Positions 1 through 12,000 of a stretch of DNA of 64,000 nt are shown here, in pieces. The stretch lies in NCBI GenBank assembly GCA_002790095.1, contig PFUL01000183.1, positions 10,287 to 74,286 on the forward strand. Reading direction: 5' to 3'. The DNA is from Elusimicrobia bacterium CG_4_9_14_3_um_filter_62_55 (GTDB taxonomy: Bacteria; Elusimicrobiota; Elusimicrobia; UBA1565). Both the position numbers and the translations under genes were made by a program. Position 1 is the stretch's first letter; every line of letters starts with the position of its first letter. The notes beneath the pieces are model-generated. The model was given only the letters and a program-made list of their open reading frames with translations. It was not told where the DNA came from and did not search any database.

Positions 1-58
1 GCTGCCCGCGGCCGAGGCTGCCGGTCCTGAGGAAGCTGCGGCTCAGTTAAAGGGGTTA

Positions 59-3000
59 ATGGAATCCGGCGACAACCTGACGATTTCCTTAAGGGAAGCG
101 TCGGAACCGGGTTCGGTTCGGGTTTTGCTCGACGCCGAATTGATCGAACGCGTGCGCAGCGGCGACCTGCTTTTGATTCGAGACGAAGTGGGCGTGCCCT
201 CCTTGGCCGCGCCGGAAGCGTTGGCGCGCGCGGGGCGTGACTTGGAAGCCGAAGAGGCCTCTGCGCCCGCCGAGGCGCCGGGGGCGCCCGCTGCGGGAGA
301 GTATCAGTACGATCCGAAGGCGGAAGCGGCTCAACTCGCCTCGATGCGCGATGCGGCTCAAGTTTCCTCCGTGAAGCTTTATGACGCGGTCAACGACCGC
401 GTCTACGACGCCTCGCTCGAAAACGATTTAATCGCGAAGGTGGCGCGCGGCGACTTGCGGGTCGCGACGGACGCCGACGGCGTCGTCTACCTGGTGACGC
501 CGGAAGTCCTGGAAGCGTCGCAGCAGCGTGCCGCGCAGGCCGCGGCGGATGCCGAGGCGGAGTCCGCCGCGCAGGCGGCGCCTGATGCGCAGGACGAGAC
601 GCCGGCGGTTGAAGAGAAGTCTCCCGCGATCGAGACGCAGTCTTCCACGGACGAAACGGCCGCGCCCGCCGCGAAGAAAGGGAACAACCCCTCAGGCAAG
701 GCCGGCGCCAACCCCGCGAGTTTTAAGAAGCTCCCCGCCGACGCCCGCGCGATGGACGCCTCCTGGATCCTCGAGGCGAAGAAGGACGCTCAGGCGCGGG
801 CGCGCGCTCAAGCGCCCGACGCGCGCCTGGTCCGCGCCGCAGTGAATCTCGGCGACTCGAACGCGCACTGGTCCTTCATTTTCCATTCCCGGCAGCGCAA
901 CAAGATCATCGTCGTGTGGCCGAAACGGATCGCGGTGCGCAAGGATAAGGCGGCGCTGCGCTGGCCGGTCGGCTACGGCAGCAAGACCGAATTGCGCACA
1001 GCCGACGCCCTTTGGAACACCCGTCTGCGCCGCGTTCGCAGTTTCGAATCGGCCTACACCGCGCTGAAGAAGCAGGCGCATTGGTTCAAGCCGGTGCGCG
1101 TCGAAATCGTCTCAAAGTGGAAGAAGGACCCCATCTTCGCGTTCATCAATGCCAAGGGACGCGTGCTCGAAATCGCGGGTGTCGAAAAGCGCGTCGAAGC
1201 GCCGGCGCAGAAGAAGGAAACGGCTCCTAAGAAGGAAGAGGCGCCCAAGGCGCCGCCCTCCGATACCATCGAGACGCCGCCGGTCGAACCCGACCAGCCG
1301 CCCGCGCAGCCTCCGAAAAGCGGTGACGAGGCCCGCGCCCCGCCCTCGGAGGGCGATCAGGCCAAGGCGCCGCCCGCGGAGTCTCCACCGCCCGGTGCCG
1401 AAGCCTCCTTGGGCTCGCGCTCACGCAATGACGGTCCTCATCTCCATGAGGACTTGTTCGGTTTTAGGAGCGTCCGCGGCCGCAGGCACGGTGAAAAAAT
1501 CGGGCGCCTCCCCTCCGATGCCGATGCCGGCAGAATTATCGAGCAAATAGCCGCACAATTCAACATGACATCGGCTCAGGTGCTCGCGATGGCTTCGCGG
1601 CATCAAATCACCGAGCGTTCGGGACGCGCGGCGTGGTTGGCGGTTTACGATCGCCTGCAAAAGGCGAACCGACAGGAGTTCGTCCAGCTCGACCAGCAAA
1701 AATACCACGGCGGCCTCCTCTCGGAGGCCTTCGGCCATTTTCTGCACCGCGTTGGCCTGAAGAAAAAGGCGCCGAAGGCGCCGGGGTATCGCGAACTCGC
1801 CAATAAGACCTACGCGCCGGGATGGAAGGGCTGGCTGCATCGCGGCGCCGAGATGCACAAGCACGCGGTCGGGTTCCTGATCCGTTTTCCGTATCACCTC
1901 TTCGACATGTTCTTCTTCGGCTACTTCCGAAGGAACATTTCCTACGAGTTCTTCCATTCCACCGAGGATTTCATCACGCTTCGCGACGAGATCGAGTTGA
2001 AGAAAGCCCGCGAGGACGGCAAGCTGACTCCCGAGATGGAGCGGCAGCGCCCCCGCGCGGAGCGCATGCTCGACGGGGCGCTCAAGACGGTGTCGCTCGG
2101 CGGCGTAACGAAGCTCGAACGCCTGCGCGCCAACGCGGCGTACCGCGTTTTCGACCGCTACCTCTGGTCGCCCCTGCTCTCGCCGCTCGGACAGTTCCTC
2201 TACCGCCGGGCGACGCTCGCGATTTTCAGCGCGGCGGCGATGGGACTCGTCGGCGGCTTGCTGCCGCTGCCGGTGATGGCCTTCCACCTTTCCGGAATCC
2301 CGATCCTGGGAGAGGGCTTGATGATGGTCGGACACGGCATTCCGACCGCGGCGGCGAACGTGCCGTTCGTCGGCGATTCTCTCGCGTCGATCACCTCGCA
2401 CGCGATGAACGCCCTGCTCGGCGATTTGACCGTCGGCGCGCTGATCAACACGCTGACGCTTTCCTCGCTGTTGACCTTCCCGCAAGCCGTCCGTCAGCGT
2501 CTGATGGAACTGCGCGGCGACCATCTGTACGTCCCGCCGGTGATGAGCTTCGATTTCATGAAGGGCATGCTCAAGACCCTCTTCACCTGGACTTTCTGGT
2601 CACAGAACCTGAAGAGTTTCGGCGGGCTGCTGCTGGTCGGGGCGGAGATCGAAGGGATCATGACCTATATGGGCGAGGCCGATGCGGCGATCAGCCCCGC
2701 GTTTAAGGCCGCGACCGGACAGGAGTTCCATCTCTTCCACACGATCGGAGCCGCGATCGAACGGCCCGAGGGAGACAGCCCGATTCCCTTCGGCGGGGCG
2801 ATCACTTGGGGCAATATTCTGATCTACAAGCTGCAGGACGCGATCGGCTTCAACCTGTCCGACGCGATCGCCAAGCCGCTGCGCGAGATCTTCTACCAGA
2901 ACGAGGGACCGGACGCGGTTCGGGATGCGCTGCGCTCTTCCAGCCAAAACGCGATGAAGGACAACGGGGTTTCGGTGACCGCCTCGGTCGTCGGTCTCGT

Positions 3001-6000
3001 GAGCCGGGGCGCGATGTCCGAGGCGATGACGGTCGAGCCGGGAACGCCCGAGCAGATGGCGGCCCGGGCCGCAGCCGCGAAGCGCTCGGTCGGCGACATC
3101 GAGCGGGAGATCGCCCAGGTCAAAGAGCGCATCCGTCAGTTGGAGGGGAAGATCGGCGGGGGCGAACGGCGGCTGAAGGAACTCGAGAAGGAGAGTCGCC
3201 CGATTTCCGAGGAAGAGCGCGCCCGCTACGAGGAGACCCTGCGGAGTCTCTCGGCGAAACGCGACGAGGGATACGTCCGTTCCAAGCTCGCCGAAATCAG
3301 CGACATCGAGAACGCCGATGAGGGAACCGCGCGCGTGAAGGCGCTGGCCGATCTTCAGGCCTACTACGCGTCGCTGCTGCCCCAGGACGGCGGCAACGCG
3401 GGGTATCAGGATTCCATCGGCGTGAAGCTCGCCGTGTTTAAAATGGTTCAAGACGCGCTGGCCGACTTCCAAACCGGCCCGAAAGCGAAGCCCGCGCCGC
3501 GCCGAGTCGGAGTGATGGACCAGGAGCGCGCGAAAAAGATCGGACCGCTGGTCGACGAGCTTGAAAAGCTCCGGGCTCAAGCGAAATCGGAGTTGGCGAA
3601 CCGCGACGCGATCGAACGGCTGCTGCGCGCGGTCGAGCAAACGCGCAAGCTCGCGCTTCAGGAGCGGCGCGGCGGCAAGGAGATGCTGGAGTTCCACAAG
3701 AACCTCGCCCGTCTGGCGACGGTGATGGACCTGGCCTTCTCTCTGAATACGATCGAAGCGGCGCAGAAAGCGATCAAGGACATGGAGCACATGCTCGACG
3801 CGAAGCTCGACAAAATCGAGACCCAGCGCCGACAGAGCGAGGCGGATCTTGCCCGCGCCCGCGAGCAGCAAGCGCGCCGCGCGCAGTGGGAGCGCGAGAA
3901 CGCCGACAAGATCAAAGATCACGAAACCTCCAAGGGCGACATGCTCAAGCTTGAGGACCAGACGCGCAAGGCCGTCGAGAACATTCGGGCGTTCCGCACC
4001 GACGTGAGGGCGCTGCTCTCCCGCATCGACGCGGAGGATTCGGGTTCGAGCGGGAGCGCTCTCGCCGAGTACGAACGCCGTTTGGCCCTTCTGCCCGATC
4101 TCCAGCGCTGGGCGCGCGACGGAAACCCCGGCGATCCCGACGCGAACTCGATCAAGAGCCTCAACGAGAAGCTCGTGGACGTCCAGAAATTCCTGGACTC
4201 GGTCGCCGACGGCCTGACGAAGATTCAGCAGGCGCCGGTGGAATTCGCGGGAGTACTCGTCCTTGCGGTCCCGGGTGAGCCGGCATTCAGCGTTTCAAAT
4301 CCCGACACCGCGACCACGCTTCGCCTGCTGGCCGAGCGCAAGGCGCACTGGCAGACCGAACTGGCCGACTATCAGGCCAAGCTGACCGAATTCTCGAATA
4401 GGCTGGACCCATCCTTCAGCGGGACCGAGGCCGACGACTTCGGGGACGTTCATCCGATCTCCTTGCCGAAGCGGCTCGCTGAGGCGCGCGAGGTCGTCTC
4501 CGTCAATCAGGCGGCGGCCGCGGACCTGACCGGACGCATCGACGCCGCGGCGGCGAAGATCCGCGCGGTCGTTCCGGGCGCCGATCTTCCGAACCTTTCG
4601 GGGATGACCCTGGATTCACTGCAGGACGCGGTGGGTGACTACGCCGACAAGCTGAAGGCGGTGACGCTCCCGACCGACGATTCGACCGCCTCGTTCGACG
4701 CGAAGATGGCATTGTTTCAAATCGCCTCGCTTTTGCCGCAGGCCGGGCATGCGGTGATCAAGTGGTCCAAGGGCGACGCCGAAGTCACCGCGATTACCGA
4801 TGCCATGCAGTCCCCGGTACCGCAGGTCAAGGCGCTTTATACGCAGGCGGTCGCCGCGGTGCAGGCGATTATCGACGACGTCGACGCGGACGTCGTTTAC
4901 ATCAATGCCGGCGTGCCGACGCCCGCGGCCAACCAGCAGTTGATCGACCGCAAGACGGCGCTGCTCAACGGCATCCAGCCGACGCTCGCGCAAGCGAAAC
5001 AGGTGATCCAAAGCGACGTCCTTCCCTTCCAACAGGAAAGCGTCGACTCTTATGATCCCAACGGCGATAAGTGGGCGAAGCTGTTCAAGAACCAGAAGAA
5101 GCTCTACGAAGCGACCCGCGACGCGCTGCAAATCACCGTCCCGTGGGCCCTGGCCTCCAACGGCGCGTCGGAAGGCAATACGAGCGGCGCCTTGGCCAAT
5201 ATCGCCGATCAGAACCAGCGCTTCCGAGATCTGCTCGACGGCTACACCGATGAGGACGGGGTTCATACCGGAGTGCTCGAAAATCTCGCGGACATCGCGA
5301 AGCTCAAGGACCCGAACAACACCGAGATGGAGGATGTCTACGGGCAGATGATCCCGGTGTCGCTTCCGCGCCTGATTCAGGTCTTCACCGCAGAGCGCGC
5401 CCAGCGCGCCGGAGAGGTCAACGGGCAGCACGCGGACATCAACAGGATTTTCGCCGACATCGACCGCTTGACGAACAACCGTTTCAACCTCGCAGGCCGG
5501 GCCCTCCCGACCGGGATCACGGCGGGCAGCGACGCGAGCGAGGCGATCGTTCGCCAACTCGTGGACGACAAGGTGTATCAGGATCTGGGAACATTGCTGA
5601 CCGACATCGGCACCGAATACCAGGAACGGGGAGAGGGGTTGACGGATTCCTCGACCAGCGAGGGCGTTCCCTCCGGCGTCCAGCCGACGCCGGACGTCGA
5701 CAACGACACCCGCGTCGCTTTGCTTGCGCTCGAGGCGGCCAAGCGCCTGGTTCCCTCCACCAATCAGAAACCGGAAGACGCCGCGGCGGCCTGGGCCGTC
5801 GCCCGCTACCTCTACAGCGACGCGGTGATCGCGGCCGCGGAGACGAACCTGTACGAGCGCATTCCTTACGCCGAGTCCTTCTTGAACCAGGCCAAAGGCG
5901 CGCTCGAGATTGCGATTTCCGATCTCGACAAGGACAAGACCTATGTGAACTCCACCCAGACCTCCGAGACCCCCGACCAGGTGATGGACCGCAAGATCGC

Positions 6001-9000
6001 GATCTTCTCGGAGCTCAATCAGGTGACCCGCGCGGGGGCCGAGTTCTACGGGGCTCGCATCGATTGGGCCAACGAATCCTTCGAGACGATTGAGGACATG
6101 GAAACCTACTATTCGGCGAGCGGGGACATCCACGACAAGTCTCTCACCGTCGTCGAGAAGGAAATCACCGCGATCAACACGATGAAGGAGTCTCTGAAGA
6201 AGACCTTCGATGAGCTCGAGGACCAGAAAAAGGAACTGGTGCGCTGGATGAACCAGCTCAACCGTCCTGAGGAAAGCGCGCTCAAACGCGTGGGGGAGGA
6301 CCTTCGCAAGATTCAGTTGAAGACCAAGCGCGTGCTCGAAGAAAACATGAAGTTCCGCGATCTGGAGGAACGCTTCGAGCGCTCGGAAGGGGCCCTCGAG
6401 CATACGCTCAAGAGGATCGACGACGTTCAGGGCAAGCTTTCCCGGCAACTGCGCGACCTGCAGGATACGGGCGCGTTGAGCCCCGAGACCCGGCGGCGCA
6501 TCGACGCCTTTAAGATGTCGGGCTCTTCCTGGTTCATGCCGGGCGACACGAAGGACGCGACCTCGGCGCTCGTCATTCCGAAGAAGGACTTCGCGCAGTT
6601 CGTCGAAACGCTGTTCGGCAGTCTGCTCAACCGCACCTCCTCGTCCCGAGACCTCGCCGGTCTGCGGGAGTCTTTGCTCAGCAACCCCGCGGGTCTCGCC
6701 AACGTGATCCCCGGCTCGCAGGTGGTGGACTTCGGCGACGCCGACGGGTTTTATCTGGTGTACCAGAGCCAGTTCTCGGTGCCGCACGGCCTGGAGACCT
6801 CGAGCCTGGTGACGTTGGGCAATGTGGCGAAGATCTGGGGCAACAATGTCAGCGTCTCCGGCTACGTGTTCGCGAGCCCGCCCAACGAGGAGAACGCGCC
6901 TTGGGGCGATAAGGGCGTGAAGGTGCAGATCGAATCCCTGCAGGGCAAGAACTGGGTCAATTATCTGGATGTGGACTTCCATCGCTTCATCCAGAACATT
7001 CCGCCCGACACGCGCATGGCATCGACGGCGCAACAGAGCCGCCTGCTCGTTTTCGAGGACTTCGCGATCATGCTCTTCGGAGACCGGGTCTATATCGCGG
7101 CGACCGGCTTCGGCGACATCGCCACGCATGATGCGGCCAACCAGCCGAAATTCTACGGTGGAAGCCTGAAGACCTCACTGAAATTCACCGAGGTTGTGTT
7201 CCTCGACGCGGAACACCAGGTGATTAAGGCCGATGATCCGCGCTTTTTCGAACAAATTTTCAATCTCGATTTCACCGGGTTGGATTCCGATCTGAACCAG
7301 GACTTCAGGATCCGCTCCGACGCGCAGAATAAGGATTACTCCCGAACTCAGGTCGGACCCCGCATCGACGTCGCGAAACTGATCAACTCGCAGGACGCAT
7401 TTGAAGTGGAGATGTTCTGGGCGCGGCAGCGGGGGACCGACGACTTCAATCAGGACTCCTACGGCGTCAACGTGCTCAAGGGATTTACCCTGCGCGACAA
7501 GGAAGGCAAGCCGTGGGCGGTGATTTCGAATAAGGCCGGCTACGAAAAGGGGGAGAAGTTCAACACCCTCTCCGATCGCGTCAGCGTGCAGTTGCCCGAT
7601 TGGGGCGTCGTCGTGAGCGCCGAAGGCCGTCTGATCGGCGACGCGAAGACCTACTACCTCGAAGCGGCGAAGAAGACCGGCGCGAACACCAGCGCGGCGA
7701 TCGGCTACGGATCGCGCTACGTGGGACAGGAGCCGCGTCTGACGATCTCGATGAATACGTCGTTCACGCTCGGCGAGCTGTGGTCCGCGGTGGCCGACGA
7801 TACGGCCAAGGAATTGACCGGGTCCAAGGCGCTCGAGCCCTACAACAAGGCGATGGACGAGTTTTATAAGGAAGCCGAAAACGACAAACGGGTCGCCGAA
7901 ATGAAGTCCGTCTTCATGCGCGACGTGGGCTCGAAGCTCGTCACGCAGGACATCGGCAAGCTGGTCAAGGACATTCAAGACCTTCGCAAGGCCGGCGCCT
8001 TCCTCGACAACACGCGGGTGCGCGCGACGGTCGGCTTCGTCACCCGCCCGATCGGAGAGTCTCTGGCCGATCGGGCCGTCGGCGGGGGATTCACCGCGGG
8101 TACCTACACGTCCATGGAGCTGTCGAAGACCCAGAAGGCGCTGATCGATTCGAAGATGTCGAGCCTCTACCGCGAGTCGCTTCGCCTGCAGTTCAGGATG
8201 CTGGAACTGACGAAGGATTGGCAGGAAACCGTCACCGAGATCGCCCAATCGCAATGGGACGTGAAAATGGGCGCCACCATGAAGGAGCACGCGCCCACGG
8301 AGACTTTGCGCGCCGAAGGCGCGGCGAAGCTGCGCGAGGCCGAACTGCGGTTGAACCAGGCGACGATTCGCTACAACATGCTCTCCGGGCGCGATCCGGC
8401 GGACGCGCTTCCGTTCGGCGATTTGAAGGCCTCCGACCTCGAGGCTTTGCTCAAGGAGATCCGCTCGCTGATCCAGACCCCGGATTCGCTGCAAAAGGTC
8501 CTTCACGAGTTGGATCCGGAAGTCGTTCGCTCCGTGATGGGGGACAACCCGTTCAATTTGATGGACTGGGTGCCGTGGGTTGAGAAGTTCACCGTCTCCT
8601 TCGGCGCGCAGCTCCAGGACTACATGGCTAATCAGGTGTTGGGCATCGGAACGAATTTCCGCCTGCCCTTCTACGATCCGGCGTCGAAGGAGCGCGACAA
8701 GGCGTACGCGTTGGAATCCCAAGCGACGCTTTCGGAAATCCTTTCGGTATACGACGAGTACGCGCTCGCCTCGCAGAAGAGGCTTCTGGAAGCCCGCTCG
8801 TGGGACGACGGTGCCCGGACGCTGCGGGGCGAAGCCGTCGCCTCCGCGAATCGGCTCTCAGACGCGATCCGGGGCTATCGCAACGGGCTGATCTCCGAAA
8901 GCCGCTTGCGCGAGGCGTTCGGCCAGTGGCATTGGTACATGCAGGGCTTGCTCGAAGCCGAGGCGAAAGCGTCGCTGAGCGCCGGCTGGGCGAATCTCGA

Positions 9001-12000
9001 CGCGTCGTTCGGCCGGACCACGCGCGAAACCGGTCCCGCGCCGCGTTTGGGTTCGTTCCAGGAGGCGTTCGACGCGGTCGCCCGTTCCGCCCGGGGGCTT
9101 GAGGAGATCGCCGCGCGCCGCCAGGCCGCCGCGCATATGACCGAGGCGAACAACCACCGGATCCAGAAATTTTACGTCGACCTTTTCATCGGCTACAACC
9201 TGACCGCCGACGGGGTGGGCTGGCTCCCGTCGATGGGCATCACGGGAATTCCCGTGACCCCCGTGCTGACCTTCGAACTCAAGCCCGCGGAGCTCAGGGA
9301 GCTTCAGGTGAAGCAGGGAGAAGGGAAAACGAAGTACTACGAACAGTTTAAGATGAAGCTGGAATCGGATCTCGCCGTCGATTTCTTCAAAGGATTGGTT
9401 TCCTACACGCAGGCGCGCGACGCCGCGGCGCTGCTGGAGCGCGAGATTCTTCCGGAACTTCGCGCCGCGGAGGCCGCCGCGCGCTCTCGGGCGCGTCCGG
9501 GCGATCCGGAAGGGTTGGTCGCGAAGGCGCGCCGCGAACTCGACACGGCCCAACGCAAGCTTCATCTCTCCATCCAAGTCCGCGAGCAGGCCCGCGCTGC
9601 GCTCAACCATCTGTTGGGACGCGATCCGAAGTCTCCGCTCGACCCGGCGATGGACACCGGCCGGGCGCTGGCCGACCTGAAGCAGATTCTGGAGGACAAG
9701 CATCCCTCGTCGGTGGACCGCAAGGTTCTCGCTTCGCGCGTGGAGATCGCGCGATCCGTTGAGACGATGGTCGACAAGAATTTGAAAATGGAAAATCTCC
9801 GCTTTGAGCCCGTGTCGTTGGCGGTTCGTTCGCTCTCCCGGCTGATTTCCGCGCTGGGCGACGAAACGATCGGAAATCCGGACCTCGTCGCAGCAGCCCG
9901 GATTCAGACGCTCGAGGCCGAGCGGGCGCTGGAATCCTACGACCGGGAATTGCCTGTACGCCGCGCCCAGATCGACGCCCAGTTGTCGACGGTGGAATCC
10001 GCTTTGGCGGAGCTCTCCGGAAAACCCGACGCGCAAAGCCGCTTGAAGGTTCTCGAACTGCGCGGGCAAAAGATGATGTTCGAGGCGGCGTTGGCGCGCT
10101 TGGACGCGCGGCCCGACCGTTCCCGGGGTTCTTCCGCGCTGCCGAGCAGCTACAACGAATTGTTCCAGCGTCTCGCGGGGGCGGAGCAGCGCCTCGCCTC
10201 CTCGGGAAAAAATCCCGAAGTCCGCGTGTTCGAACCGGAGACGCACGAGCCCCTCTCGGAAATGAACCTCCGATTCTACAAATCCCGCCTCGATCTCGGG
10301 GGAGATCCGCTTCCGGGCAACTACATCGAGAGCTGGATCACGTTCCGTTTGAAGAGCATGTCCACTCCCTCTGAAGTTCTTTTGGCTCTTTCGCAGCTGC
10401 GAACGGCGAAGGCGGAACGGATTCACATCAACGAGCAGGCCGCGGCGCGTTCGCGGGCGCAGATTCTGCTCTCCGAGTTTGAAATGAACGTCCGCCTGCT
10501 GCGCTGGAGCGACGCGATCGACGGCTCGGGCTCTTCGAACGCCGACCAGGACCGTTTCGAGCGGGAGATCCGCGCGCGTCTGGAGTCGCAGGCCGGACGG
10601 ATCAAGGCGCTGTTGAACCTGCCGGCCTCCTCGACCCTCGCGGATCTCATGCGCCTGATTCCCGCCGACGAGGCGGGCCGGTCGGGTGATTTGCGCGCCA
10701 TCGCGGAGCGCTTCGTCGACGACGCGAACCGGCTGCAGCTCGAGCAGCTGCGAAAGACTTTGTTCGAAGGCGGCATCCCGTCCTCCTTCGGCAACGAAGA
10801 CGGATTGATGGAGCAGATCCGCGCGGACGTCATCGCGGAACGCATGAGCTACAAGGGCTTCACGCCGACGATCGCTTTCGGTCTGTTCCGCAATTCGCGC
10901 GTGGACGGCGTATTCATGGAAGCGCCGGACCCCCGCTCCATTGAACGCTCCCTGCAGAGCGTGCTCTCGGATTCCGTCCGCAAGGAGCTGCAGTCCCAGG
11001 GGCGCATGCAGGAACTCGCGCTGCGGCTTCACCTCCTGATGAGTTCGGTCGCGGGGAACGCGAAGCTCGTCGAGGCGCAAAGCGCCCGCGTCGTCTCCGC
11101 CCAACGAGACTTTCGCGCGACGCTCGCCCGCTTCCCGGCCGGGCATCCTGAGACGGCCTCGGCCCAGGACGCGATGGTCCGCGCGCGGCTCGAATTGACC
11201 GACAGCGCGGCGAAACTTAAGAACGATTTCATCGAACTGGTCTCGGAACTGCAGGCGGTGGGCTATGATACGGAAAAGCTGTTGAGCGTTCCGGCCCGCG
11301 ACTTCGAACTGCGCGGCGAGGATCTCGCGACGAATCCGGTGGACGCCCTGGTGGACTACGCGTCGAGGCGCTCGCTTCAGCCCGAATTCGTCGACAGGTT
11401 CCTCGGCCTGGGCTTCGGTACCGCCGAGCAGCGGGCGGCGCTAAAATCCTACGCGGACGAATACCGGACGATGGAATACGACGCGATGCTCGTACGGCAT
11501 CATCCCGGGATCGGCGCGAAGGAACGCCTTGAGCTGCTGACGAAGGCCGACGTCGAGGGCCGCCGCCAGAGCGTCGAACGGGCGTTCCGGACGATTTTGG
11601 CGGATTCCTACGGAAACGCCGCCGCGCGAGAGAAGGTTTTCGGCTACCTGCTTGCCGACGTCGCAACCCGCGCGGAGGAAACCGGCGGCGTGCAGGAGAA
11701 GGAGTGGGCGGCCATCCGCCGCATCGGACGGGAAATCGTTCGAGATCTTCCGCACGCGGCCAAGGGCGCCTATCAGCGCCTCGAGACGCTGCGCGGCGAA
11801 ATGCTGCAAACCCGCCAATCGCTGATGGAAGACTACCTGCGCCATAAGCGAGGCCCCACCGAATTTGTGATGCGCGACATCGCACTCGACGCCTACCTGA
11901 AGGCCGTGTCGAATTACGACGCGGAAGTCATCAAGGTCTTCGGCCAAGCGGAGATCAAGGCGGACGCCCACGCGGCTCGGGTGCTGAACTCCCTGTTCCG

